Shown: positions 11,488-26,300, counted from the stretch's first letter. The stretch is 64,000 nucleotides of DNA from Octopus sinensis (GCF_006345805.1 NC_042998.1:70618001-70682000), one strand, 5' to 3'. Translations and numbers: made by a program. Notes: a model not told the origin generated them from the sequence alone.

Positions 11488-12150
11488 TTGGAAGAGAGAG
11501 AGAAAGAGAGAGGTGGAGAGAGAGAGAGAGAGAGAAAGATGGTGGGAGAGAGAGAGGAAAAGAGAGGAAGAGAGAGGCAAGGAGAGAGAAAGAGAGAGAG
11601 AGAGGTGGGGGAGAGAAAGTTAGAGAAAGACAGAAAGGCAAGGAGAGAGTTAGAAAGAAAGAGAGAGAGGGAGGGATAAAGAGGATAAAAGAGAAGCAGA
11701 GAAGCAGAAAGGGAGAGAGTAGTGTTAAAATAAATGATAGTGATGAGAAAGAGAGAGAGAGAGAATGAGAGAGAGAGAGAAAGAGAAAGAGAGAGAGAGA
11801 GAGAGAGAGTACGTGTTAAAATAAATGAAAGTGATGAGAAAGAGAGAGAGAGAGAGAGAAAGAGAAAGAGAAAGAGAGAGAGAGAGAGTACGTGTTAAAA
11901 TAAATGAAAGTGATGAGAAAGAGAGAGAGAGAAATAGAGAGAGAAAGAAAGAGAGAGAGAGAAAGAAAGAGAGAGAGAAAAAATAGAGAGAGAAAGAAAG
12001 AGAGAGAGAGAGAAAGAAAGAGAGAGAGAGAAAGAAAGAGAGAGAGAGAAAGAAAGAGAGAGAGAGAAAGAAAGAGAGAGAGAGAAAGAGAGAGAGATTA
12101 CGTGTTAAAATAAATGAAAGCAATGAGAAAGAATGAGAAAGAAATAAGAA
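11440..12150. repeat. GA-rich tract with four copies of a ~29-bp motif
   Basis: GTGTTAAAATAAATGA(A/T)AG(TG/CA)ATGAGAAA at 11722, 11813, 11892 and 12102, separated by (GA)n/(GAAA)n spacers. Confidence 0.9.
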
Positions 12151-12581
12151 GGAGAATTAATCCATTAATGTCAAACATCTGTATCGAACATGGAACCAAT
12201 ATTTTAAGAATTCAAACCGTTGATTGAATCCAAGAAATTCTACAAGAATGAAATAAATAATACGAAAATTAATCTGTTACCGCTGTATCAATGTCGGTTA
12301 GAACTCATATTTTAATCAGTAAGATATATTGTGTTTAACTTAATATTTGTCTGTTGCTGTTGCTGTTGTTGCTGTTGGATGTTTGGGTCTGACTCTTATA
12401 ATCTACCTTATCACACATATCACTCAATAATTTTACAGCTTTGCTCCACCATCTTTCTCATATCTCACTTTAAGTGATATAGGAGAATGAAGATGTGGTG
12501 GAAATGGAAAACAAAACAAAAACTACAACAAAAATCAAAAAAAAAAAATCATATATCTTTCAGCCTCATCCATCACGGAAG

Positions 12582-12778
12582 CCTTGTTGTGGTTACTCGA
12601 CTTGCTAAAATTAGTAGCCAAATCTGTCTCAAAGCACATCATACTGTCTTAAAGAAGTAAAAAACAAAACAAAAAAAAAACACATTTGATACATGTTAAG
12701 AAGCTGGATGGCCATGAACACAATGCCTTTCATCAACGAATCTGTTCGATCAGATCTGACATGGATCAAATAACAACT
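12582..12778 (+). repeat. Old interspersed repeat family F
   Basis: CTA(A/G)AA..AGCAG.CAAAT.TCCCTCAAA-type motif recurs, diverged, at ~14127-14310, ~21200-21345 and ~25258-25400. Confidence 0.5.
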
Positions 12779-12789
12779 CCGCCACTTTT

Positions 12790-13450
12790 GTACTGTCAAA
12801 TGATATATAAGCACCCTCCTGTCTTCTTTGTTGAAGCAAAGCAGCAAAATATTCATTTTGGTGGCTCCGCTGCACGACTCGGTTGTTCTCACGCGACACA
12901 ACTAAAATATCCTGAACACTTCATCTCGTGTAGATCAATATCGCGGACTCCACTGCATTTTAGCCATTCTCTGTTGTTTGTACGTCCGTGCCCGTGCGGC
13001 TATCAGCTGATATAACCCCTAATACTATTGACAAACTATGGACTGAGGATATCCGGTTATTTCCTATAATGCTCAATCTGAAAGTCCACCCGAACATGCT
13101 ACATCAATGCATCATTGTCGATGTCCAGAATACATCTAAAGGGAACACCGCCAATTCCTTTCATTAATCCTCAATAGAAGGTAAAATTCATTGTTTAATC
13201 GACTCATATTCTGGCAGTGAAGTGCCTCGTTTTGCTTCCGTCATCACATTCTATTGTTACGCCATCATCAACCAACACAATCCAAGAATCCAAGGACGGA
13301 GACAAACCGGAGAAGATACATTATTGGCAAAAAGATCCACACTGGAGGACATGTTAGGAACCCCTTCAGATACTGTAACGTCAACAGACGTATGCGTGCT
13401 GCTTGCAAAGAGGGCAGGAATATGTATTGGCAAATAAAACCATGCGTTTG
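12790..13450 (+). mobile_element. Highly decayed RTE-like LINE remnant
   Basis: Fragments such as MHHCRCPEYI (cf. FH.RCLRRIL) and GKKIHTGGHVRNPFRYCNV (cf. G.R..GRP.RYKD) in shifting frames. Confidence 0.4.
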
Positions 13451-14639
13451 AACTTATTCCATAAAGTCCAAAGGGGCATTACTGAAATTTTACTAGATAC
13501 TCTCTGAAACAAGACACAGTCATTAGACAGATGTACATCAATAAAGTGATGCACACATTAGCCTCTTGTTTTATTTAAACTGTTATGACATTTAAGATTA
13601 TAAATAATCGCTTATTGGTTTAAATATGTATGTACATATATATATATACATACCAGTTAGAGGATGATCAAGGATGATGACTGGCTCACGTGTCTACTTG
13701 GAATTCGGACACTATATGAAGAAGATACATTTAGTTCTGTCCTCCTCAAGTAAAAAAGTTCTATATTAAAATTGATTATTTAGTGTTGTCTGCACCGTGT
13801 ACAGTGAGATCTCCTGAGATATCCATTACAACAACGAGCGTATTTTGCATTTGAACCTGCCTAGACGTGATACGAATAAATATGCAAATAATCTCATTCA
13901 GATAAAATTCTTCGGGTTTGTGTAACACCAAAAATGTAGAAAGCTTTCACTACTCTATTTTCTAACCTCATGGATATTCAATTTATATGCGACTTAGATG
14001 ATCTGCATTTGTTCAAGTGATATTGGATACATTTGAGGAATCCTTTTAAAGAGTTGGGACTATCTGAGCATGTAGTAAGCTTTTCATAGCGTCTCCTTTT
14101 TGTCTATTACATCTACAGTTTCAGTTCCTATGATGGTGTCTATACGATGCCGCTCAAAGTACTAGAAATATCAGTAAAATCTCCCTCAAATCTCACTCCG
14201 CAGTCATTAAAGTACAGAAGAACATATTACATAATGTAGTCTGAGATAAGACAGGAAGGTCACGATCAGAATATCTTCGATGTTAGGTCTGCTGAGTCAA
14301 AGAACAATTACAACAACATCAACAATAACAACTGTGGTGAGTTTGTAAGATACTACAACCCTCCCGCTAACACTCATTGAGCAGGATGTTTCCAATCTTT
14401 ACAGACATTTGGTGAAGTCCAGCTCTTGTCAAATATATATATATATATAATATATATAAAAGATATATAAAAGTATGGGATGGACACTGCTAGAATGGTT
14501 TTAGTCATATGTCTGCTGGATCAGGGTTAGAACAGAGTAATAAGAGAATCTGACTGTGCTTCCAGAAACCTTCAAAGACTACACATTTTAAAACCTTATT
14601 CTGATTTCTCAGTAATCATAAAATAGTCTCTTATTTAAG

Positions 14640-14835
14640 CACAAAAGCAGCAATCTTTGATAAGGGCGGCAGAGTTGGTCTATATCACCAACTGGTACTT
14701 TATTGACTGGTACTTTATTTAATCGCCGCACTGGGGTGAAAGGCGGAGTTAAATCCAGTGCTATTTGAACTTAGGAGTAAAGAGCCGGAATTAATGCCGC
14801 AAAGCAATTTTTCCAGTACCCGACCGATTCTGTCA
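14640..14835 (-). mobile_element. Decayed SINE family B
   Basis: ACTGGTACTTTATT...GGTGAAAGGC...ATTTGAAC...GATTCTGTCAGCTCAC matches the reverse complement of family B. Confidence 0.6.
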
Positions 14836-15405
14836 GCTCACTCACCTAATAAACTCACTCTTTTTGTGTAGTTAAGAAGTCCCCATTGCATAGCATCTTA
14901 GGCAAGTACCTTCTACCATAGCCTCTGATCACCCCAAACCCTGAGAGTGAAATATAGCAGACTGAATCTATGTGGTAACTTGTCAGATTGATCCTTCATG
15001 TTCCTGGTTGGCAGAGTTAATTTTTTCATGCAGTTTAACATTTCTACTTGGTCCTTGGATGCCTTTAGTGGAGTCTAGCCCGTTGTAAACAATTCGATCA
15101 AATAATCGGACTACTGCCAGTTTCAAGGACTCCTGAAAGGGACCATGAAGCGCTGCTCTTCAACTTCTGAATAAATAATTATAACAGAAATTAATTCTTA
15201 CGTAGTAATCACATAGCTACAATTTCAAACTGAGAAGGTAATTTTATCAAATGTGCGAAAATGGAAAACAAAAATGACCTCAACAGGATTTGAAATCAAA
15301 ACATTAAGAGACTTAATTAAATAATTCAGGATATTTCATCTGAAGTTGTATCGATTCTGCCAAACGATCGCCATCGTAATAATAATAACCATACTACTAC
15401 TACTA

Positions 15406-15461
<56 letters not shown>

Positions 15462-16056
15462 TCCTCCTCCCGTATCCTCCCTCCTTCTTCGAATTACTCT
15501 AGGTGCACTGCTCAATTCGTTAAGGTCGAACAACTTACAAACAGTTCTGTGGTACTGAGCAGAATATTTGCTGTACCTTTTACACGAAGACAAAACATGC
15601 ACATGATAACATTTCCCAAATCAATTAAGATTACAAGACTTAAGAACCACTGCCTCGTATTGCAACAAGACCTTGAATATTTTACTTGAAAAAAAAAGTG
15701 AGGGTGGAGTGGGAAGTACTGCCCCTCAGTATTTTTGTTGAAAGGTGGGTGAATGTAGCGAGGGATAGCTCGTATGAATGAACCTACTCTGAACATTCGC
15801 TTGTAAACTGGAGGAGTTGAGAAGGAGAGAGGCACCTGCTGAGGTGCCCCTGGTGGTCGGGGTAACCAGGATGTGTAGGGTTCTTCGGTTGTCTCTGTGA
15901 AGAACCCGCCCCAATTTGGAGAATTTTTATTCTTTAATTTTATTGTTATTTGTTATTTATTTTACACACGACATTGTGCCAACCCCACCACTCGTCCCTT
16001 GTGTTGTATTGTCCCTATTTGTTTTGTGTTCGGTCCTTGAGGCCAATAAAGAAGGG

Positions 16057-16143
<87 letters not shown>

Positions 16144-16292
16144 TTATTATTATTATTAATATTATTATTATTATTATATTATTATTATTATCAAATCCCG
16201 CCGAGGTCGACTTTGCCTTCCATCTTTTTGCGGTCGATAATCGACTTACCCACTCCCCCAAAATTTCAGGCCTTGTGCCTTCAGCAGAAAGG

Positions 16293-16364
<72 letters not shown>

Positions 16365-16951
16365 CACATCGCAGGGAATGTTTGCATAGCGTATAAGCCT
16401 GCACTGAATTGTACATTATGTCAGTTTTTAACGCTGTCATGTTTGCTGTTTTTGTGACGAACTAAACAGAAATATAATTTTACTTGTTATTGTTGATATT
16501 GTCGTTGTTATTATTTTCTTCCTGTTTCAAGATAAGGTGTCCCCGCCACCAAAACAAACAATCAAACAAACAAGCAAAAATACAGATTAGCAAAATACAG
16601 TTGAGGAAATGAGGAAGAAGAGAAATAGTTCTGTTTAATATTTAAATTTTGCTGTCTTTGATTAAATTAATTCCATATCTCGGCTTAGACAACCATTAAT
16701 ATGGAATACCTCTCGTATAATTAAGCTGTATTTCGCCAGTCGTGCTGACATAATTATGTTAATGTGCAATTAAGAAACTGTCATGTTCTGTGATGGAAGA
16801 TAATAAGAATTGGAGGGGAAGCTGGCTTTGAAAGACAAGGTTCAGAATAGTTGGGAAATTAGTCAAAGATGTCCTTCTTGTTGGTTTTAGCAAAGCGATG
16901 TCTTGATTGCCCTATTGAGGAGCTGTCATAGAATCAAAATCTATACATATA

Positions 16952-17170
16952 CGAGGTGTAGTCAAAAAATATTTGACCTTGATTATTTTTTTGCACAAAA
17001 TAATAATGCGCGAGCAAAATCCTCTTGGGTATTAGGTGGCCGAGTCCTTCCTGAACATGCTCAGAAATTTTCGTTTCTCTAGGTCGTGCTATTCGCCCGC
17101 AGTGACGCGTTGAGTACAGACGTGAAGAGTGTGCTGTGCGATTTTTCTTTTTGAGTCAAGATGACCGAGG
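16952..17170 (+). mobile_element. Probable mariner 5' end (TIR and leader)
   Basis: TA|CGAGGTGTAGTCAAAAAATATT start typical of TACGAGG-type mariner termini; leader leads to ATGACCGAG; no matching right end found. Confidence 0.45.
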
Positions 17171-17313
17171 GTTTTGATTGGTGCCTGATAAACCTACGCA
17201 TGTACGGGAACATATTAGTAGCGCAATAAGTACATGTAGTTGAAACATTTAGTAATACTGAACTCTCATTGGATGGAGTAGACTTCGTATTGACTTTTAT
17301 ACAGTTAATGTCT

Positions 17314-17409
<96 letters not shown>

Positions 17410-17814
17410 TACCCCAACATGGCCGCAGTCTAATGACTGAAACAAGTAAAAAGTAAAAGTAAAAGAGTAAAAGATATACACATATATATTATACACATAT
17501 ATATTATACACATACACACACGCTCGCGCGAGTAGATACACTACGGATTATTTTCAGTTAATCCGGCAAATTGGATAATCCGTCTATATTGGATTATCTA
17601 CTTTGCCGCCAGATTATCTAAGTTAATGTTATTCTAATTCCAAGTAAATTCCTAGGTGCTTGCCATCATATTAACTTTCTCTCTTCAAAACAGCTTTGAA
17701 GATAGATTGTATATCTGTTAATATATATCCTAGCATTAAAAGACAAGTTTTTAATTACGATTGACTGTAATTATCTGAAGTTATCTAACATTGAGTCTGA
17801 AGCCATTAATAGGA

Positions 17815-18190
17815 ACAGCCTGGTCATGAGTATCGGATGGACGGCGATCGCACCCCTAAGGATGCTTGAGTGCAGATCGCGTCCAAATAGACCGTCGTTA
17901 CCTGTGATATAAAGATATGTGCAAAAGCGCTTTCCCCTTAAGCACACACAATGAAATAGTCGCAAGAGAACATATCATAGAGCCATTTCTTCTGGAAATA
18001 TACTGTTAAAGAAGGAGTGACTAAAACGGACAGCGATCGAAACCAATTTCTGGCATTAAAAAGACAAAAGTGGAAGCTATCAACTTTACACGAAGAACCA
18101 GCTCTCATCTGTGGTGACTGCAATAAGGACTGGCTGTCATATCGCTTTTGAATTGGCATAAATGGACGTTGCATACAATGAGTCGGTATA
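17815..18190 (+). mobile_element. RTE-clade LINE 3' remnant
   Basis: GHEYRMDGDRTPKD, RYKDMCK-like, and WKYTVKEGV...LKRQKWKL...LICGDCNKDWLS segments typical of the RTE C-terminus; frameshifted. Confidence 0.6.
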
Positions 18191-19334
18191 TTTTGGGCGT
18201 AGAGCGGAAGTGGTGCGAGTTAGAAAAGGATAAGAAGGGAGAAGGGAACATTTTCGTTGTCTCCTAAAAGAGAGGAAAGCTGATGACGACGACGAGATTT
18301 ACATGTATATATACATGCATAAACACACACACACATGCATACACACACATACACACATGCACACACACGCACACAGAGATGTATACACACGCATATATAT
18401 GAATTTGCATATACGTAGGCATACACTGCTGCCGTCACCACCACCAGCCACCGTCACCTCTTAACGAATCACATCACAGTGTATTATTTAATTCGTATAT
18501 CGCAACCTTAACATTAACTGCAACCAAAGTATCACAAATGTTAGAAAGCAATTCTGCTACAACAATATTAGTGGTACAACAACAACAGCTCAGCCACATA
18601 AAAGTACAACAAAAACACCACCACCAACAACAGCAACTACACGAACATTAGAAATACAATAATAAAAAAAACAAAACAAAACAAAAAACATAAATAGTAT
18701 TTGATTCAGAGTCGTGCCAAAGTTCTTTTAAGAAATATTAAGCGAAGTTCCATAGTCTTTGATGATAAACGAATACAAGATCTTCGAAATGTTAGGATTT
18801 ATAACTCTGATCTTCATTTCCGTCATCTGACCTGTACGATATGAAATATATTCTAGACACATAGACAGACAAGTATTGAAATAAATATAGTTTTACCGTT
18901 ATGATCTCTCTCTCTTTCTCCCTCTCTCCCTGTCTCTCTATCCTTGTTATGTCATCGTGATCTGACCAAAGCTTGAAAAGGGAAAAATAATGGTTTTTAA
19001 ACCAAAAACACAAAACACATTTGAAGATCAATGGAGACGCTCTTACAGCGAACATCTCTTTAACATCGCGTTGGCTTTGCTGCCAATATAGAATTTCCAA
19101 CGTCAGAGGATTTCTAACACACAAGCAATTCTAACGTTTCTAAAACGCTCATAGAATGACAGCACTTGACCGAGACTGATAGCGAAATTTGCATCATAAT
19201 AATACTGTTTTCTTTGTTACAATAGGTACATGGCCTGAAATTTGTAGGGAGAAGTTAGCCGTCTGCATCGACCTCAGAACTTGACTGGTATTTACTTTAT
19301 CGACCCCGAAATGATGAAAGCCAAGTCATCTTCG

Positions 19335-19460
19335 GCAGAAATGATGATGATAATGATGATGATGATGATAATAATGATGATGATGATGATTATGATGATG
19401 ATGATGATTGTGGTGGTAGTGGCAGTGGTGGTGATGATGGTAATGATGATGATGATGATA

Positions 19461-19494
<34 letters not shown>

Positions 19495-19990
19495 CTGCGG
19501 TGGTAGTGGCAGTGGTGGTGATGATGGTAATGATGATGGCTAGTGTCAAGTGACGAACCCGTAGATATATCCGAGACTGGAATGGTGGAATGATGGCAAA
19601 TTTCCATGGGGCCATAAAAGATGAAATATACTATATGTTACCTGCATCGTTATCAACCATATCAACACCACCATCGTTACCGGCATCCTAAGCACCATTA
19701 CATCTATTACTAGCATTAACACCAGCTGCACGAAGACGACGACGACGACCACGATGGCCACGACTACGACCACCATCACTACCAAATCGACAACAACATA
19801 CCACCACCACCACCACCACCGTCAACTTCGTCGTCGTCGTCGTCATCATCATCGTCGTCATCATAATCATCATCATCCATCATCTCTTTCTCTAACGCTG
19901 TGATGTAGAACTTATAAACTCTGCTCAGGCCCACACCTCATCATTCTTCGTAAGGAAAAAAAAGAAACATCATCATCATCATCAACAACA
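19335..19990. repeat. (GAT)n/(CAT)n/(CAC)n low-complexity tract
   Basis: Direct inspection; includes a duplicated GTGGTAGTGGCAGTGGTGGTGATGATGGTAATGATGATG block. Confidence 0.9.
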
Positions 19991-20144
19991 ACAACAACAA
20001 CAATACTACCGAATGCAAGAAACACATGGATCAAAACAGGCAACACAGATACTGTCCAAATGGAACGGCATCCTTCTTAACATATATATTTGGGTTCTCT
20101 GAGGGTTTCGTAGGGGAGATTTTCGAGTTATAAGACGTATCGTG

Positions 20145-20563
20145 ATTTGTTTCACTCACAAGACTGCGGCCGTGCTGGGGCACTGCTTTGAAGAATTTTA
20201 GTTGAACGAATCGATCCCAGTACTTATTTTCATTTTAAACTTGATACTTATTCTGTTGTTCTGTTTTGCTGAACCGTTAGGTTACGGGGACGTAAACACA
20301 CCAGCACCGGTTGTTGAGTGGTGGTGGTGGGGACAAACACAGACACAAAGATACACACACTCATACAGATACAAAGACACTCGCACACACTCACACACAC
20401 ACACACACACACGCACACACTCACATACACACACCAAATCCACTCACAAGGTTCTGTTCGGCCCGAGGCTATAGAAGACAATTGCCAAAGGTGTCACGCA
20501 GTGAGATTGAATCCAATACCATGTGGTTAAGAAGCTTTTTGCCACACAGCCACGTCTGCGCCT
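20145..20563 (-). mobile_element. SINE family A
   Basis: Reverse complement of the family A head (…CCACACAGCCAC.TCTGCGCCT) and tail. Confidence 0.8.
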
Positions 20564-21349
20564 TGGCTCTTTTTAAAACCTTGCGGAGCCCATCCCTCTC
20601 CAGGTCTTATGACGTTCATCTCAATGGAGTGAGTGAATGAGATAGAGTTAGAGATAGATAGATAGAGAGATAGATAGAGAGAGAGAGAGATAGTGAGAGG
20701 GAGAGAGGGAGAAGAGAATTGATTCCAGTACAGTAGAGGACTGATACGTTATTTACCGATTCTTAAAAGATGAAAGACAACGCATAGATGATCTCTTCTG
20801 AATATGGACCCAGAGTGGAATGATTCCCGCGAAGCACTCTATCCATTGCTTCAGTGACTCTGCATATTGGGTTACCTTACTGGTAGGAGGAATTGGAGAT
20901 GAACTCTATTTAATTGGACTTGAGATATGAGCCGATTGATTCAAACTGAGTGGAAGCTATCCAAAGTCAGGTGGTAGTGGTAGTTTCAAACAGAGTGGAC
21001 CCTATTAAAAATCAATCAAGAATGAGCTGTACTCAAGTCAACCAAACTCAGGTCCTGCTGATGGACCGGGCACAGATTAACTTTATTATACATTCACCTG
21101 TACATGATACCATCCTTCGTTGTTCTCTGATCATTCACACACAGGCAACATCTATGGGCAACAACTTTAACACCGCATAGGTGTTAAGGAAAACCCCCTC
21201 TATATTGTTTTTAGCCATGCTAAAATTAGCAGTCCAATATCCCTCAAATCACACCTTAAAAAGTGGTACTCTATTTAGTAGTAGATACACGATGGCTAAA
21301 TAAAATGTAAGGAGATGTGTATGGCTGTTGATTTTTAAATAATGATATC

Positions 21350-21670
21350 TTTTGTCACTTGTTTCAGTCATTAGGCTGCGGCCACGCTGCAGCCCTGCTT
21401 TGAAGAATTTTAGTAGAATGAATCGATCCCAGTACTTATTTATTTTAAAGCCTGGTACTTATTCTATCGGAATCTCTTGCCGAACCACCAAGTTAGAGGA
21501 ACGTAAACAAGCCAACATTGGTTGTTAGGTGATGGTGAGGGACAAATGCACAAACACACTCACACGAGCTATAGTTGAAGACACTTGTCAAAGGTGCCGC
21601 GCAGTGAGACTGAACCCGGAACCGTGTGGTTGGGAAGCAAACTTCTTACCACACAGCCACTCCTGCATCT
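21350..21670 (-). mobile_element. SINE family A (internally deleted)
   Basis: CACTTGTTTCAGTCATT tail through CTTCTTACCACACAGCCACTCCTGC head. Confidence 0.8.
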
Positions 21671-22959
21671 ATGATTATAATAACTTTTAATGATAGACGT
21701 TAATTTAAGATTAAATAACAGTTTCTATTTTAGCCACTTTCAAGGGAAGGAGTTAATCGATACCATCAACTCCAATACTTGGCTTTTAGCTTATTTTATC
21801 GATTTTGAAGAGTTGAAAAGCAAAATTGATTTTAGAAGGATTTGAATTCACAATGTACAGGGCTTGAGTAAATATCACAAGACATTTTTTCCAACATATT
21901 AATGATTCTGCTAGCTCACAGCTCGAGGTTAAGTAACAATAGCTAAATTACATCCACCAAGAATCTCTCCACTCCAAACCACTCTTTAATTCTTATTACA
22001 AATTAGACTTCGTTGCATAATCACATGCAGTTTTTGAGGCCTTTACGTATGCCGATCTCGAAGTTAGGGTTTTGCGCACAAAATATATTTTTATTGGTTA
22101 AATGATACAAACAACTCCGCGTTATGGAAATGCTATTGTCGTGAAAATATCGTCATATTGCCATGAAAATATCGTCCGTACCACGAAAATCTACCTATTG
22201 CTTTCTATGAAACATGGTGGTCACCCCCCCCCTCCTAAAAAATGCTTTTCGCGTTACAGACACTGCATAATGGCAAGATCTTCATAAATACAACGCAAAG
22301 AATGTTTGTATTTCTATTCTAATGAACTAATTTCTCTAAAAATGTTATTAGTAGTTTTGCATTTACAAATATTGCTTTAATATTTATAATTTAAAAATTC
22401 TCAATTATTATAATTATAATTTTCCGTTTATTAAATAAATTATTTTAATGAAGCTTCATTGTTGTATATTTAATTCAAATCTGGCCTTTAAATGTGACAC
22501 ACAATTTTGCGTTTCTGACCTGGTCTCTCTCTCCCCAGTATCAGAACACAATTACTATACATATACTTTACGTATATAAACGAGAAACTTTTAGGGTTCT
22601 ATGTGGATGCTATGGGCCTTGTTAATATATAGCAACTACTCTGTAGATTCCTTGAAGAATGTAATCCTAGATGCATGGCAAAAAGAAAAAAAAAGAAGAT
22701 AAAAGAAAAATGCCAGCACCATCAAGACAAGAACGCTGCTCTTTCTTTTCTTTTATTCTGTTAATGGTTTCAATCGTAGAACTGCGCCATGCTGGAGCAC
22801 CGTCTTAACTTAATTTCTATCGGTTTTGTTGTCGCTTTATGGCAGGAAGTTGGTCTATGATTGAATTTGTAGCAGCTGAACTTCGATGAGTGTATCTCAT
22901 TCAGTGTTGACTCGAGGCTAAACGAACAGATCGAAGGCAACTACCACCGCCAACCCTCA

Positions 22960-23168
22960 CCGCACCAGAACATCCTCCTCCTCTCCTCCTCCTCCTCCTC
23001 ATCATCATCATCATCACCGCCACCACCACCACCACCACCACCACACCACCACCATCACCTCCACCACCACCACCATCACCATCCCCACCACCACCACCAC
23101 CACCACCACCACCACCACCATCATCATCCTCATCATCATCATCATCATCATCATCCTCCTCCTCCTCC

Positions 23169-23213
<45 letters not shown>

Positions 23214-23360
23214 CCACCACCACCACCACCACCACCACCACCACCACCACCACCATCATCATCATCATGATCATGATCATGATCATCATGATCATCATCA
23301 TCATCATCAACAACAACAACAACAACAAAGGCGATTTCAACAGCAACATCATTATCAACA
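22960..23360. repeat. (CCT)n/(CAT)n/(CAC)n/(CAA)n compound trinucleotide tract
   Basis: Direct inspection. Confidence 0.95.
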
Positions 23361-23590
23361 ATTCACCCTATTAGCCGTACACACGAGAGTTCTCAACAAA
23401 AATCTCAACAAACTTTAAAGCTTAAAATATGCTTGACCTCTAAAGTTCAGAAAGTCTCTCATGGTGACCTGTATCTATTAAACAGTAAAATCTCAAAGGG
23501 TTATATTTAGTTTGAGAAACTTAACAACTGTGAATAGTCGTAAACACTCCATATGGTACGTATGCCATACATATTGGTGGAATATTCCCA

Positions 23591-24005
23591 GCGCAGGAGT
23601 GGGTATGTAGTAAGAAGATTGCTTCCCAACCACATGGTTTCAGGTTCAGTCTCACTGCATGGCACCTTGAGCAAGTGTTTTCTGCTATAGCCTCGGGTCG
23701 ACCAAAGCTTTGTGAGTGGATTTGGTAGATGGAAACTGATAGAAGACCGTCGTATGTATATATGTATATATGTGTATGTGTGTGTGTCTGTGAGTGTGTG
23801 TGTGTTTGTGTCTGTGTTTGTTCCTTCGCTTGACAACCGATGCTGGTGTGTTTACGTCTCCGTAACTAAGTACTTTAGCAAAAGAGACCGATAGAATAAG
23901 TACTAGGCTTACAAAGAGTAAGTCCTGCAGTCGATTTGTTCGACTAAAGGCGGTGCCCCAGCATGGCCGCTGTCAAATGACTGAAACAAGTAGAAGCATA
24001 AAAGA
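23591..24005 (+). mobile_element. SINE family A
   Basis: GCGCAGGAGTGG head, GGCACCTTGAGCAAGTG core, GACTGAAACAAGT tail. Confidence 0.85.
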
Positions 24006-24847
24006 ATATCTGGGATAAAGTATTTGAGAGAAAGGGGGCATATTTTAGAAAAAAAAAAAGAAAGAAAAAATCTCGAGCCCTTGGCCTCACAAGTTGGATG
24101 CCCGGTTTCTATGGCGTATAAATGACCAAGATCATAATATTCCCCTTGAATGAAGCATCGATCCGTTGCAGGGTATAAGGGCAGCAATTATGATGGGAGA
24201 GGTCTAGTCGATTACATCGACCCTAGTGCTTGATTGGTACTGCATTTTATCGGTTCCGAAACGATGAAAGGCAAAGTTGAAGTAGTATTTACAAGACGTA
24301 AAAGCAAATTGCCTGTAAAATATATAAAATCGATGAATATGTAGCAACGTTTGTCTTATCTTACATATGGTAAGCATAATAAGATTCTTCTGTTTTCATA
24401 AAATCTAGACTAGAAATAAAATAGAAAATTACATATCAAAAAGTACAGTATATACAAGGGAGATTACTCTATATAGAATTTTCAGGGGAAGCAACTCATT
24501 ATTTTGCCCTGCCTATTATAGATTTTTTTCCTTTCATATTCACTAAAATTTTTCTCTCCCTTTCACGAGATTGATACTGTAAAATAATAGTAGCATCATG
24601 GGCGATATTCTAAACGACACGATAGTATAACAATAACAGACAGCTATAAGCAACAACACATTACACTACAGTATATAGCGTCACTTGATCCAATCAGCGC
24701 GTTAGTAGAATAATTTCAAGTGTGGAACAGAATGTCTTGCAGTGCTCATTCACGCTCTCCGAGTTCAAATACCGCCGAAGCCAACTTTGCTCTTCATTGT
24801 TTTGCGATTGTTAAACAAACTACCCGTCCAATACTTGAAACGATTTC

Positions 24848-24900
<53 letters not shown>

Positions 24901-25789
24901 GTTACCGTCTGTCTCTCTTTCCATCCCATTCTCTTTATTGTGGCAATAATTAAAAAGACAATGCTTGTTACATAATGCTGCGCTGTTCAGCCTGAGAATT
25001 ATACTGCGGATACATGTGTCTTTGGAAAAATTAGCTGTTTATAAATTAATTTTATGAGCCAATGATCATCGTTGAGTTTGACGGAGAATTCGTCAATTGT
25101 CTTCTACTGAACAGAAGTCGCGTTAGAATGTTGCTGTGTGATTTCGGTGAACTTCACGCAAGAAGCAGTCCTAGTATACAAATGAAACGATGGAACAATA
25201 ATCTTAAATTATATCTGACTTTTACACTAAGCTTTGAATTACAAAGCAGTCTTTACGTGGTCGTCTGACTTTCTAGAAACAGCAGACAAACATCCTTCAA
25301 ACGTAACTACAAGATCTTAAAGTAAAAACTACATGGGATAATGTAGTCCAGTATGGCTAAAAGAAAATGAGGAGCGATAATGTTTGCAACGCTTTTATTC
25401 ATAGAACTGAATTAAGTCTAAACGATAACAGCGAGTATATTATACGACATGGATGATGATGACGACGACATAACGACAGTGATAATGACGATGGCGATAA
25501 CGGATTATCTGTCCGTTACGACGTTGAACATTCAATTGTTCGATCAATTGAACGAGTAAGAGGTTGAGTATTTCACAGACACGTGTACCCTTAACGTAAT
25601 TCTCAAGAAGAATCAGCATGACATAATGTGATTTGGTTGCACCTTTGAATTATAGCTACGGTCCATCCGACGTGTCACCGCATAGTCTCTGTTTATTCGA
25701 TTTGACCACGAGGCGCCAAAACAGGCAGCGCTTCTATTAAGACAGGCATTGAACTCATAGTCCATTGAGTATATAAGAATCTTGTCTCT

Positions 25790-26300
25790 TCCTACAGCAA
25801 GAAAATACAAATCCATACCAGCAAAGCAACTTCAGGCCACAATTCACTTAAACACTTAGCAGGCTGCTACAGTCTTCACAATCGCTCCAAATTTTGTGCC
25901 TCAATATTACCTAAGATTTCTAGTGAAGTCCACAGCAGAGTATTACTTCTACATGTGAAGCAGTGCTGTCTCTACTCACATACACGTCATCCTAAACTGC
26001 ATCTGGAAAGGGCAAGGTAACTGATCAGCATAAAGTCATTTACAGATACTCCAACTTCAAACCCACAGCTTATTACAAAGGGCTTTGCTCCTCGGAGCTG
26101 GTTGCGCTAATGAACTTCCATGCAAGAAATCTTGATCCACTCACTTCTCTTTCTTTCATCGCTGTTGTTATGTCCAACCCTCAGGCCCCAAATCAATCAC
26201 TGTGCCCTGTTCTTCGTTTCCAGGGCGTGAGCTTTCTGGAATTCCTTCTTGTAATGGTTCCAGAGGAAATTTAATAGCATCTCTTCTTTTTATGTATCAA
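25790..26300 (+). mobile_element. Decayed CR1/L2/Jockey-like LINE 3' remnant
   Basis: LVKSTAEY..., YYKGLCSSEL and AFWNSF segments resemble the LVRP.LEY / Y.G.CS.EL / LWNSL motifs of these clades; multiple stops. Confidence 0.45.

Noticed and set aside
11722-12130. CRISPR-like repeat/spacer appearance (also 53098-53217)
   Set aside because: Eukaryotic context, no cas genes, spacers are microsatellite or related to each other, and too few units.
13730-14120. Possible decayed CR1-like fragment on the minus strand (also a faint one at 15540-15690)
   Set aside because: Similarity is too weak to support without an alignment.
20950-21180. 76-aa ORF in non-repetitive sequence
   Set aside because: GTG start, no recognisable domain and no splice support.
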